Source of the DNA: Longimicrobium sp.
GTDB taxonomy: Bacteria; Gemmatimonadota; Gemmatimonadetes; Longimicrobiales; Longimicrobiaceae
Assembly: GCA_035759295.1 (NCBI GenBank)
Contig: DASTVC010000747.1
Location: 1 to 40,889 of the forward strand
Direction of reading: 5' to 3'
Length of the DNA: 40,889 nt
Part shown: piece by piece, positions 1 through 9,844 of the stretch
Layout of the letters: every line of letters starts with the position of its first letter
Position numbering within the stretch: position 1 is the first letter of the stretch
The notes under the pieces: model-generated
The model's database searches: none
Seen by the model: the letters and a program-made list of their open reading frames with translations, nothing else
What the model was told of the DNA's origin: nothing
Position numbers and translations under genes: made by a program

Positions 1-54
1 CGGGTGAACGGGTGAACGGGCGAACGGGCGAACGGGCGAACGGGCGAACGGGTG
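1..54. repeat. Octamer tandem array (CGGGYGAA)x6 plus CGGGTG, probably truncated by the window edge
   Basis: Read directly: two CGGGTGAA and four CGGGCGAA units. Same unit as the 13633-13724 array. Confidence 0.95.
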
Positions 55-81
55 GCGCGGTGACCGCGGCGTATCGGCGCA

Positions 82-165
82 CGAGAAGGTGAAGCCCCGT
101 TCGGCGAGTGTAACGAGCCGAGACGGGGCTTATGGCATTTCTAGCCACGGGCTTTAGCCCGTGGC
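82..165. repeat. REP-like palindrome, family A, copy 1
   Basis: Stem AAGCCCCGT..CGAGTGTAACGAG..ACGGGGCTT followed by GCCACGGGC-TTTA-GCCCGTGGC. Near-identical copies at 1614 and, inverted, at 18616. Confidence 0.9.
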
Positions 166-206
166 GGCTGCGGCTCTCGGCGGATCTTACGTAACGGTGC
201 GAACCG

Positions 207-923
207 TCACCCAAACCCTTCGAAGATGCCGCCGATGATCTCGGCGATGAACTCGAAGACACCCCCGGCCGCCTCTCCCGCCACCTCCGCGGCGCCGGCC
301 ACCAGCTCCGGCGTCGCGGCGAGCAGGTCGGGTGCATGGGCGGCCGCCTCCGCGCCCGCGCCGATCACGTGTGCCGCGGCCTGCGTTCCGTAGTACGCCG
401 TTTGTACCACCAGGTCCGGGGCGTACCAGAGGGAATCCAGCAGGAACCCGCCGGTATCCATCCCCGCCGCCGGCATCCTGCCCCCCATCCCCGCCTGCGC
501 GACGGCGCGGTCCGCGGCCACGGTCCAGATGGATGCCAGTTCGTGGTGGTCCAGCCAGACGGCGCTGCAGCCGCGGCACACGTCCACCGTCACGTCGCGC
601 TCCGTCTGGCGGCGCATGGCCTTGCCGCACTCCGGGCACTCCAGCGCGTTGTTCCACTTGCACCACGGGCAGAACGCCGCGTCGCGCTCCATGGGCACGT
701 GGCAGGAGTGGCAGACGAACCCCGCGTCGTCGGCGCGCGTGATGGCGGCGCGCATGGCGGCGATGGGAACCGTGCGCAGCCGCGCCGTCTGCTCGCGCAG
801 AATCCAGGTGCCGCCGCACCGCGGGCAGTGTTCGATGTCCAGCCCCGGCGCCGCGGAGACCTTCTCCAGCGCCACGCCCAGGCATGCCGGGCAGGAAAGC
901 CGCATGGGCACCGTGCTACGCAT
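207..923 (-). CDS. Multi-zinc-ribbon (zf-TFIIB-like) protein with an Ala/Gly-rich C-terminal tail
   Basis: Six CxxC motifs (CPAC, CPRC, CHSC, CPWC, CPEC, CRGC). IEHCPRCGGTW and VDVCRGCSAVWLDHHEL match the zf-TFIIB pattern. The start overlaps the upstream stop. Confidence 0.75.
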   Translation of the reverse strand: MRSTVPMRLSCPACLGVALEKVSAAPGLDIEHCPRCGGTWILREQTARLRTVPIAAMRAAITRADDAGFVCHSCHVPMERDAAFCPWCKWNNALECPECGKAMRRQTERDVTVDVCRGCSAVWLDHHELASIWTVAADRAVAQAGMGGRMPAAGMDTGGFLLDSLWYAPDLVVQTAYYGTQAAAHVIGAGAEAAAHAPDLLAATPELVAGAAEVAGEAAGGVFEFIAEIIGGIFEGFG

Positions 924-1368
924 CGAGAATCCCTCGCGCGGTAGATTTGTCGCTCAGCGCGGCCAGGGTGGGGAAGGTGTAGACCAGGTTTCCCTCGTCC
1001 GTCACCTCCAGCTCCGCGCGGCCGCCGGCCACCATGCCGTCCAGCGTTTCGCGGGCGGAGTCTTCGGGCAGGTGCAGCGACATCGCCGCTTCCACCGCCA
1101 TCAGCTTTCCGCCGCGCCCCTGCGCCAGCCGCAGCAGCTCGGATTCCGTCGCGTGGCGGCGCAGCTCCGCCCGCCGCCCCGTGAGCAGGCTCTTTTCGGC
1201 GAAGTGGCTGCGCGCCAGCAGCACCGCGCCTGCCGCGGGAAGGATCACGGTGATCCCCAGCGCCGCCAGCCGCGCCCCGGCGGACACGTCGGGGTCGCTG
1301 TTCAGGAACCCCGCGAGCATGAACACGGCGAGCAGGGCCAGCCCCACCGCTCCGGCAATCTTCGTCAT
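916..1368 (-). CDS. Hypothetical membrane protein (2 TM helices, probable winged-helix-like C-terminus)
   Basis: ATG at 1368 (MTKIAG) preceded by AGGGG. Two hydrophobic segments, C-terminal AELEVTDEGNLVYTFP. Confidence 0.7.
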   Translation of the reverse strand: MTKIAGAVGLALLAVFMLAGFLNSDPDVSAGARLAALGITVILPAAGAVLLARSHFAEKSLLTGRRAELRRHATESELLRLAQGRGGKLMAVEAAMSLHLPEDSARETLDGMVAGGRAELEVTDEGNLVYTFPTLAALSDKSTARGILDA

Positions 1369-1461
1369 GGATCCCCTGGTTGCAGGTCCGCGCCTCCCTT
1401 CGGCGCGCGATTCCGTACGGAGGGATGACGCCGCGAGTTCCACGGGGGCCACCGGCTCGGG

Positions 1462-1516
1462 CCCTCACCCGGCTCGTTCCTCGCCTGCCCTCTCCCGCAA
1501 ACTGCGCGGGAGAGGG
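1462..1516. repeat. REP-like palindrome, family D (CCCTCACCCGG..CCCTCTCCCGC-AAACT-GCGCGGGAGAGGG)
   Basis: Hairpin visible in the sequence. Related copies at 16658-16868. Confidence 0.65.
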
Positions 1517-1613
1517 AATAAACGACGCGCATGCTCGCGGCGCGTTTCCGTACTCGTGGACGCGATTGATACGTCCGGCCCCGCCCCGCGCGCAGGCCGT
1601 CGCCTACGCGTGC

Positions 1614-1687
1614 AGGTGAAGCCCCGTCCGGCGAGTGTAACGAGCCGGACGGGGCTTATCGCTGTCCCAGCAGCGGATTTATCCGCT
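1614..1687. repeat. REP-like palindrome, family A, copy 2
   Basis: AGGTGAAGCCCCGTCCGGCGAGTGTAACGAGCCGGACGGGGCTTAT plus a small hairpin AGCGGATTTATCCGCT. Confidence 0.9.
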
Positions 1688-1736
1688 CATCTGGGCTCGC
1701 TCATCCGCTCATCTCGCCTCGGCCTGTGCCGGACGT

Positions 1737-1773
1737 AAAAAGGCCGGGCGGATCACGTCGATCCGCCCGGCCT
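1737..1773 (-). terminator. Intrinsic terminator of the aroQ-efp-acc-comB operon
   Basis: AGGCCGGGCGGATC-loop-GATCCGCCCGGCCT with a T-run on the minus strand, 30 bp after the comB stop. Confidence 0.8.
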
Positions 1774-1802
1774 CGCCGTCCCGTGTCGATCGAGCCGGCG
1801 GC

Positions 1803-2546
1803 CTACGACTCCGCGGCGGCCACGGTCGCCAGGACGATCTGGCGGCCTTCGAGCACGGGGAGCACGTCGCGCAGGTCCGTCTGCGCGCAGAAGGCCAGGT
1901 CGTCGCCCAGGCCGGCCTCCACGATGGCGCGGCCCGCGGCCGTGTGCGGAAAGAGCTTCGCGGGGTCGGAGAACTCCTCCGCCAGGGCCAGCGCGGCCAC
2001 GGCGCCGTCGTTCATCTCCCACTCGGTGTCGGGGAGCGCCTTCATCACCGCCGCCGCGATCTGCCCGGCGCAGACGGCGTCCTCCAGGCCGAAGGCGCGG
2101 TCGCGGCCGGCGCACAGGAGCACGGGCTCGGCCTGGGAACGCACCAGGTCGTCCACCACGGCCTGGAAGTTGGTCCACGCGCCCACGATCACTCGCTCGC
2201 CGCCGGCCGCGGCGTTGATGGCGATGGTCCCGTTCGTCGTGGACATCACCACCGTCTTGCCGCCCACCGCCTCGGCCGTGAACTCGCCGGGCGAGTTGCC
2301 CAGGTCGAAGCCCTCGATCGGCAACGCTTTCCGCTCGCCGGCCAGCAGCACCTCGTCGCGGCCCAGCGTCTTGGCCAGGCCGATCGCCTCTTCGATGGTG
2401 GCCACCGGGTACAGCGTCCGCGCCCCGGCGGCCAGCGCCTCGACGATCGACGTCGAGGCGCGCAGCACGTCCAGCACAACGACGGTACGGCCCACGATCT
2501 CCGAAGGCACCAGCTCCGTGGGCGTCAACAGCACGTCCAGCTTCAT
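1803..2546 (-). CDS. comB: 2-phosphosulfolactate phosphatase family protein
   Basis: Motifs VVVLDVLRASTS, LAGER, DLGNSP, STTNGT and LEDAVCAG. Confidence 0.92.
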   Translation of the reverse strand: MKLDVLLTPTELVPSEIVGRTVVVLDVLRASTSIVEALAAGARTLYPVATIEEAIGLAKTLGRDEVLLAGERKALPIEGFDLGNSPGEFTAEAVGGKTVVMSTTNGTIAINAAAGGERVIVGAWTNFQAVVDDLVRSQAEPVLLCAGRDRAFGLEDAVCAGQIAAAVMKALPDTEWEMNDGAVAALALAEEFSDPAKLFPHTAAGRAIVEAGLGDDLAFCAQTDLRDVLPVLEGRQIVLATVAAAES

Positions 2547-2547
2547 C

Positions 2548-3897
<1,350 letters not shown>

Positions 3898-3913
3898 TGC
3901 TTTCCCTGTCGGT

Positions 3914-5077
3914 TCAGTCGTCGCGCCTGGGCGTCCAGTCCATCTCCTGCTCCCCCGGCTGCACGCCGGAGACGCGCAGGGCGAACTCGGAAGGGTTGCT
4001 GGCGTAGTGGACGGCCCACTCGTAGCTGATCCAGCCGCGCTTGTACAGCTCCAGCAGCGACTGGTCGAAGGTCTGCATCCCGTACTGCACCTGGCCCTCG
4101 GAGATCAGGTCGGGGATGGACTGCGACTCGTCGCCCGTGCGGATGAGCTGCGCGATGGCGGCGGTGTTCACCAGCACCTCGGCCGCCGGAACGCGTCCCG
4201 GGCGGTCGGCGCGGGGGATGAGGCGAAGGCTGACCACGGCGCGCAGCGCGTTGGCCAGCATCCCCCGGATCTCCTGGTGCTGGTGGGGCGGAAAAAAGCT
4301 GATGATGCGCCCGATGGTCTGGGCGGCGTCCGTCGTGTGCAGGGTGCTGAGCACCAGGTGCCCCGTGTCCGCGGCCTTGAGCACCGTCTCCATCGACGGC
4401 CGGTCGCGGATCTCGCCCAGCATGATGACGTCCGGGTCCTGCCGCAGCACGTGCCGCAGCGCGTCGTGAAAGCTGTGCGTATCGCTTCCCACCTCGCGCT
4501 GGCTCACGATGGCCCTGGCGTCGCGGTGCAGGAACTCGATGGGGTCCTCCACCGACACGATGTTCACCGCGCGCCGCTCGTTCAGGTGGCGCACCATGGC
4601 CGCCAGCGTCGTGGACTTGCCCGACCCCGTGACCCCGGTGACCAGCACCAGGCCGCGGGGGGCAAGGGCGATCGTCTCCATCACCGGCGGCAGGTCCAGC
4701 GCCTCCAGCGCGGGGACCTCGAAGGGGATGGCGCGGAACGCCATGCCGTAGGTGCCGCGCTGCTGAAAGATGTTGGCGCGGAACCGCCCCAGCCCCTGCA
4801 CGCCGATGGCGAAGTCGATCTCCTTGCGCTCGGCGAACTCCTCGCGCTGCCGCGGGCTCAGCGTCTGCTCGGCGCAGCGCTTGAGGTCTTCGGGGCGCAG
4901 CACGCCCAGCCGGGTGTCGCTCAGCTCGCCGTTGACGCGCAGGACCGGCGGGCGCCCCACCTTGAGGTGCAGGTCGCTGGCGCCGGCGCGCACCATCTCC
5001 TGCAGCGCGTCACGCAGGTTGAACTCCGCGCGTACCGCCTGTCCGGCGGGGGCCGCGCTCCCCTGCGTGTCACTCAC
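3914..5077 (-). CDS. pilT: PilT/PilU-family type IV pilus retraction ATPase
   Basis: ASDLHL, Walker [30 protein letters not shown], His box [18 protein letters not shown]. The AIRNLIRE motif is diverged to AIAQLIRT, so the pilT versus pilU assignment is uncertain. Confidence 0.9.
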   Translation of the reverse strand: MSDTQGSAAPAGQAVRAEFNLRDALQEMVRAGASDLHLKVGRPPVLRVNGELSDTRLGVLRPEDLKRCAEQTLSPRQREEFAERKEIDFAIGVQGLGRFRANIFQQRGTYGMAFRAIPFEVPALEALDLPPVMETIALAPRGLVLVTGVTGSGKSTTLAAMVRHLNERRAVNIVSVEDPIEFLHRDARAIVSQREVGSDTHSFHDALRHVLRQDPDVIMLGEIRDRPSMETVLKAADTGHLVLSTLHTTDAAQTIGRIISFFPPHQHQEIRGMLANALRAVVSLRLIPRADRPGRVPAAEVLVNTAAIAQLIRTGDESQSIPDLISEGQVQYGMQTFDQSLLELYKRGWISYEWAVHYASNPSEFALRVSGVQPGEQEMDWTPRRDD

Positions 5078-5558
5078 CCGGGTCGACGCGGAAGAGGACC
5101 TGCCCGAACTCCACGGGCTCGCCGTTCTCCACGCACACCTCGCGCACCACGCCGGAGATTTCGGACTGAAGCTCGTTCATGAGCTTCATCGCCTCCAGGA
5201 TGCACAGCGTCTGCCCGCGGGCAATGCGGCTGCCCACCTCCACGTACGCCGGCGCCTCGGGGGCCGGGGCGCGGTAGAAGGTGCCCACCATGGGCGACTT
5301 GATCTCCACCAGCTTGCTGGCCGGAGGCGCGGGCGCGGCGGCTTCGCCGGCTGCCGCGGGAGCCGCAACGGGGGCGGCGGCCGGCGCGGGCGCGGCGGCG
5401 TGGGCCACGGCGGGGGCGGCCCCCGCGGCGGCGACGGGCGCGGGCGGGGGCGTCTTGTTGATGCGGATCTTGGTGCCCCCCCGGGCGATCTCCAGCGAGT
5501 CGATGCCGCTGTCGTCCACCGCCTCGATGAGCCCGCGGATGAAGTCCAGGTCGATCAT
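5070..5558 (-). CDS. accB: Biotin carboxyl carrier protein
   Basis: SPMVGTFYRAP, EAMKLMNE biotinylation motif, Ala/Pro linker. Confidence 0.97.
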   Translation of the reverse strand: MIDLDFIRGLIEAVDDSGIDSLEIARGGTKIRINKTPPPAPVAAAGAAPAVAHAAAPAPAAAPVAAPAAAGEAAAPAPPASKLVEIKSPMVGTFYRAPAPEAPAYVEVGSRIARGQTLCILEAMKLMNELQSEISGVVREVCVENGEPVEFGQVLFRVDPGE

Positions 5559-6118
5559 TTCGCGCGTTCCATGTACTTGTCCTCTCGGCGGTCCACGCGG
5601 ACCACGTCGCCTTCGTTCAGGAACAGCGGCACCTGGATCACGGCGCCGGTCTCCAGCGTGGCGGGCTTGGTGCCGCCGGTGGCGGTGTCGCCGCGCACGC
5701 CGGGGTCCGTCTGCGTGATGGCCAGGATGACGAAGAAGGGAAGCTCCACGGAGATCACGTTCTCTCCGTGCACCAGACCGTCCACTTCCATCCCCTCCTT
5801 GAGGTACTTCAGCTGGTCGTCGCCGATCACGGCGCCGGACAGGGGGATGTCCTCGTACGTCTGCGCGTCCATGAAGTGGTAGAAGTGGCCGTCGCTGTAG
5901 CTGTACGTCATGGGCCGGTGCTCCAGCCGCACCTCGTCGATGCGCTCGCCCGCGCGGAACGTCTTTTCCAGCACGGCGCCGGTGAGCACGTTGCGCAGCT
6001 TGCTGCGCACCACCGTGTTGCCCTTGCCGGGCTTGTGGTGCTGAAACCAGAGGATGGTGAACAGGGTGCCATCGAGGTTGATGGTCATTCCGTTCCGGAA
6101 GTCGGCCGTCGATGCCAC
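5555..6118 (-). CDS. efp: Translation elongation factor P
   Basis: HKPGKG loop, PGVRGDTA, KPATLETG, VPLF. GTG start at 6118 with RBS AGGAG. The ORF-track N-terminal extension is translated repeat DNA. Confidence 0.96.
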   Translation of the reverse strand: MASTADFRNGMTINLDGTLFTILWFQHHKPGKGNTVVRSKLRNVLTGAVLEKTFRAGERIDEVRLEHRPMTYSYSDGHFYHFMDAQTYEDIPLSGAVIGDDQLKYLKEGMEVDGLVHGENVISVELPFFVILAITQTDPGVRGDTATGGTKPATLETGAVIQVPLFLNEGDVVRVDRREDKYMERAK

Positions 6119-6160
6119 TGAAATCTCCTGTTTGGTGCGGACGGAAGCTCCGTCGCGTTT

Positions 6161-6238
6161 AGTGCCAAGTGTCGAGTGCCTAGTCCCAAGTGCCAAGTAT
6201 GCCCGATCGTGGGCACTCGGTACTCGGCACTAGGTACT
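6161..6238. repeat. Inverted heptamer tandem arrays (AGTGCCN)x5 / (NGGYACT)x4
   Basis: Units agtgcca, agtgtcg, agtgcct, agtccca, agtgcca, agt at 6161-6198. Inverted units gggcact, cggtact, cggcact, aggtact at 6211-6238. Confidence 0.85.
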
Positions 6239-6673
6239 TCTGTTCTTCAAGTGCTCCACCAGGGCGCGCAGCCCCAGCCTGTAGCTGTCCACGCCGAATC
6301 CCGAGATCACGCCCAGGGCGCCGGCCGCCAGGTACGACCGGTGCCGAAAGCGCTCCCGGGAAAAAACGTTGCTAAGATGCACCTCCACGTACGGACGCGC
6401 CACTCCCGCCAGCGCATCGGCCAGGGCGATGCTGGTGTGCGTGTAGGCGCCCGCGTTGATCACGAAGCCGTCCGCGTCGGCCGCACGCGCCTGCACGTGG
6501 TCCACCAGGCCGCCCTCGCTGTTGCTCTGGAACGACCGTACCCCCACCCCCAGCTCGCGCCCCAGGCGCTCAAGCTCCTGGTCGATCTCGGCCAGCGTGG
6601 CGCGGCCGTAGATCTCGGGCTCCCGCCTGCCCAGCAGGTTCAGGTTGGGCCCGTGAACGACCTCGATGTTCAC
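6230..6673 (-). CDS. aroQ: Type II 3-dehydroquinate dehydratase
   Basis: HGPNLNLLGRREPEIYG, QSNSEG, INAGAYTHTS, EVHLSN, RERFRHRSY. The GTG start overlaps the upstream TGA (GTGA). Confidence 0.96.
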   Translation of the reverse strand: MNIEVVHGPNLNLLGRREPEIYGRATLAEIDQELERLGRELGVGVRSFQSNSEGGLVDHVQARAADADGFVINAGAYTHTSIALADALAGVARPYVEVHLSNVFSRERFRHRSYLAAGALGVISGFGVDSYRLGLRALVEHLKNRST

Positions 6674-9600
6674 CGCTTCAGGCTCTGCAGCCAGGCCTGG
6701 AAGCTCTCCAGGTCCTCGTCGTCCTCGTCCTGCCCGCCCGCCGGTGCGCTCGCGGCGGGCGCGGCCGGGGCCGCGGGCGGCGGCGTGACGGCCGGCTCGG
6801 GCGGCGCCACCGGCTCGAACGCCGCGCTGGGGACGAACGCCGAGGGCAGCTCCGGCTCCGGCTCCGGCTCGGGCGTCGGCTCCGGCTCGACGGGGGTCTC
6901 CGCCGGTGCAGGCTCCGCGCCGCCGCCGGCGAAGAAGTCCTCGAACGAGAACTCGCCGCCTGCGCTCGCATCCGCCGCCGGCGTCGTCGGGGCGGTGGAG
7001 GGCTCCGCGGGGAGCTCCCACGGCAGCGCCTCTTCCGGCTCGGCAGAGGACGCCGGGCTGGCGATCTCGTCCGACAGCTCGAACGAGTCGATGCTGGGCG
7101 GCTCCACGCGCGGCGCCTCGGCCCACGGCTCCGCGTCCAGGTCGAAGAGCGGGATGTCCGACTCCCCCGCCGGCGGCGCGGCGTCCGGCGCGACTTCCGG
7201 CGCGGAGGCGGCCCACGGCTCGTCCTCCGCGGTCGCGGGCTCGGCCGGTGCGTCCTCCGCGGACGGCGCGTCATCGTAGACCTGCGCCTCGGAGATCGGC
7301 GCGGCGGGCGACTCGGCCCACGGGTCGACAGGCGCCTCCTCCGACGGCGCGGCGGGCGCCTCGCTCCACGGCTCATCGGCCGCGACCGGCTCGGCGGCGG
7401 GTGACTCGCTCCACGGCTCGGCGGCGGCGGAGGGTTCGTCGGCCGCAGGCGATTCCGTCCACGGTTCGTCAGCGGCGACCGGCTCGGCGGACGGCGTGGC
7501 GTCGAACGTGGGCGCTTCGGCGGCCGGCTCCGGCTCGATCGCGGCGGACTGGCCGGGGGCCCAGGCGAGGAGCGAGGAGAAGTAGGCGCGCATCGACGAG
7601 GCGCGGGCCCCGGAGGATGCGGCCGCCGCCGCGCGCTCTTCCTCGGCGGCTTCCTCGTCATCCTCCAGCGGCGCGGCGGCGATGGCCCAGTCGGCGCTCA
7701 CGTCGGCGACCACCTCGGGCGGCGCGGCCACTTCCTCGCCGTCCTCCTCCACGACGATCAGGTCGAACCCGACGGCGTCACTGTCGCTGACGGATGGCGC
7801 CTGCCACGGCTCGCGATCCGCATCCCCCGAGCCCACCGGCGCCGCGGCGGACGCGGGCTCCGGCGCCTCGGTGCCTTCGAACCCGCCCGCGAACGAGTCC
7901 GCGAACGGATCGTCCGACGCAGCGGCGGCCTCCATCGGCGGCTGCGTGAAGTCGGCGATCGGCGCGAAGTCGGCAAGCGGCGCGGCTTCGGCGAACGCGG
8001 GCTCCGGTGAGGCGAGGTCGTCGTCGGCCGACACTTCCGCGGGGAAGTCGGCGATCACGGCGGCGGTGGCGTAGTCCGGCTCATGGACGGGCTCGTCGAC
8101 CGGCGCTTCCTCGGCGGCGGGCTCGGGCTCGACGCTCATGTGGACGGCGGCCAGGTCCGCCGCGGCGCCGCCCATGGCGAACTCATCCACCGAAGCGAGC
8201 CAGTCCGGCGCCTCCTCCTCCTCCTCCTCCTCCGCGACGGGGGCTTCGGCGGCGGGGTGCAGGCGCGCCTCGATCTCCGCCAGGCGGCGCACCAGCCCGG
8301 GCTCGTCGCCGCGCTGGCGGATGAGCTCGCGGTAGGTATCCGCCGACTGCTGCAGCAGCCCCTGCGCGGCGTACAGCTCCGCCATGGTCTCCGTCACCAC
8401 CTCGGCGTCCACGGGATGGTCCGGGTGGCCGTCATCGTCCATGTCGGCGTCGAACGCGGGGAGCGAAGGCGGTCCGCCCGCCGGGGCGGGGGAGAAGGCG
8501 GGGAAGCCGTCGCCGTGCGAAGGCGCCTCGAAGCTGGGAAAGGCGGGATCCGCGTCCAGCGGCGGCAGGCCGGCGGGGACGGTGTGGTCCGCATCCAGGA
8601 GCGGGAGCTCATCCCCCGCGACGGTGTTGTCCGCATCCAGCCGCGGGAAGTCATCCCCCGCGATGGTGTGGTCCGTATCCAGCAGCGGAAGGTCGTCCCC
8701 GGAGACAGTGTCGTCCGTGTCCAGGAAGGGGAGGTCCGCGCCGGCCAGGGGCGCGTCGAGCAGGCCGTCGTCCGCGTCCAGCGGCGCCAGCGCGCCCCGG
8801 TCCGCCGCGGCGCTCTCACCCAGGTCCTGCCGCGCGTCGGCGTCCAGCCACGCGCCCACCGCCCCCGTCTCGTCCGTCTCCGCCGGCTCTCCGCTCAGGT
8901 CCACGCTGCCGAAGCCCAGCGCGTCGAAGTCGCTCGACGATGCCGACGTGGGCGCGGCCTCGGAGGTGGAGGGGATGTCGAAGGGAAGGTCGCCCCACTC
9001 CCCCGCGTCGTCGTCCGCCGCCACGCCGGAGGCGTCCGCGGCCGAGGCCTCGGGGGTGGAGAGGTCGATCATCCCGAACTCGTCCGCGTCGCCCGCGTCG
9101 GCCCCGCCTGCCGAGGCAAGCGGCTCGGAGGCGCCGCCCCAGCCGGTGCCAAGCTGCACGGGCTGGTCGGCCACGGCCGCGTCGGCGCCGCCGCGGGCCA
9201 GCTCCTGCAGCGACACGCGGGCCTCGGCGTTCATGGGGTCCACGGCCAGCAGCTCGTTGTACCACTTCTCCGCCTCGGCCCGGCGCCCGCCGGCGGCGGC
9301 CATCTCGGCCAGCGTCCGCAGCGCGATCAGGTTCTGCGCGTCGATGCTGAGGACGTAGTGGAACTCGTTGGCCGCCTCCTGGAACGCCCCGCGGTCCGCC
9401 AGGCACCGGCCCAGCAGCACGTGGGCGCTCAGGCCGGGAAAGCGCTTGAGGTTCTCGCGCAGGATCTCTTCGGCCCGGCCGGTCTCGCCCGCCTCGCGCC
9501 ACGCGCCCGCCAGCGCCACGAAGTAGCGCCCGGGATTGTCCGCGTAGCTGCCTTCGAGCGACTGGATGCGGGCGGTAAGCTCGGGCGAAAGGTCTGCCAT
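6670..9600 (-). CDS. Large acidic TPR-containing protein with a long low-complexity region
   Basis: N-terminal TPR helices (AHVLLGRCLADRG), central TETMAELYAAQG TPR-like helix, D/E/A/P-rich linkers, C-terminal FQAWLQSLKR helix. Start MADLS at 9600 is my choice. Confidence 0.8.
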   Translation of the reverse strand: MADLSPELTARIQSLEGSYADNPGRYFVALAGAWREAGETGRAEEILRENLKRFPGLSAHVLLGRCLADRGAFQEAANEFHYVLSIDAQNLIALRTLAEMAAAGGRRAEAEKWYNELLAVDPMNAEARVSLQELARGGADAAVADQPVQLGTGWGGASEPLASAGGADAGDADEFGMIDLSTPEASAADASGVAADDDAGEWGDLPFDIPSTSEAAPTSASSSDFDALGFGSVDLSGEPAETDETGAVGAWLDADARQDLGESAAADRGALAPLDADDGLLDAPLAGADLPFLDTDDTVSGDDLPLLDTDHTIAGDDFPRLDADNTVAGDELPLLDADHTVPAGLPPLDADPAFPSFEAPSHGDGFPAFSPAPAGGPPSLPAFDADMDDDGHPDHPVDAEVVTETMAELYAAQGLLQQSADTYRELIRQRGDEPGLVRRLAEIEARLHPAAEAPVAEEEEEEEAPDWLASVDEFAMGGAAADLAAVHMSVEPEPAAEEAPVDEPVHEPDYATAAVIADFPAEVSADDDLASPEPAFAEAAPLADFAPIADFTQPPMEAAAASDDPFADSFAGGFEGTEAPEPASAAAPVGSGDADREPWQAPSVSDSDAVGFDLIVVEEDGEEVAAPPEVVADVSADWAIAAAPLEDDEEAAEEERAAAAASSGARASSMRAYFSSLLAWAPGQSAAIEPEPAAEAPTFDATPSAEPVAADEPWTESPAADEPSAAAEPWSESPAAEPVAADEPWSEAPAAPSEEAPVDPWAESPAAPISEAQVYDDAPSAEDAPAEPATAEDEPWAASAPEVAPDAAPPAGESDIPLFDLDAEPWAEAPRVEPPSIDSFELSDEIASPASSAEPEEALPWELPAEPSTAPTTPAADASAGGEFSFEDFFAGGGAEPAPAETPVEPEPTPEPEPEPELPSAFVPSAAFEPVAPPEPAVTPPPAAPAAPAASAPAGGQDEDDEDLESFQAWLQSLKR
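8548..8733 (-). repeat. Intragenic 42-bp (14-aa) tandem repeat, about 4.5 units
   Basis: LPFLDTDDTVSGDD / LPLLDTDHTIAGDD / FPRLDADNTVAGDE / LPLLDADHTVPAG / LPPLDAD. Confidence 0.85.
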
Positions 9601-9844
9601 GGACGCGTGAAGAGTGCGCGGGAAAAGCCGGGGCAAGGCTGGGAGACAGGGGGTGCAACATAAATCTGGCGCGCAACCGGTGTCAACAACGCGCGGGCCC
9701 CGGCCCCGGGTTGCGTGCCGGGTGCGGTCCAAATATCTTTGGCGGCTTCACTTTCCTGCAATCCGCAGCGGTTTCACGAATCCGGCAACCTCTCAGCCGG
9801 AGCGCCTGCGCCGCGCTCCGTCCCCACGTGGAGTTGGTTTTCCC

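Noticed and set aside
699-713. CHSCH as a c-type heme-binding motif
   Set aside because: It is one of six CxxC zinc-ribbon knuckles in a protein with no signal peptide.
1803-2546. Coenzyme M biosynthesis pathway
   Set aside because: ComB-like phosphatases are widespread in bacteria that do not make coenzyme M, and no comA or other pathway genes are present here.
6119-6196. N-terminal extension of EF-P (MALGTRHSTLGT...)
   Set aside because: It is translated heptamer-repeat DNA. The real start is GTG 6118 with a good RBS.
6674-7216. N-terminal fusion on AroQ (ORF 6230-7216)
   Set aside because: The extension is an alternate frame of the upstream TPR gene. The GTGA overlap marks the true start.
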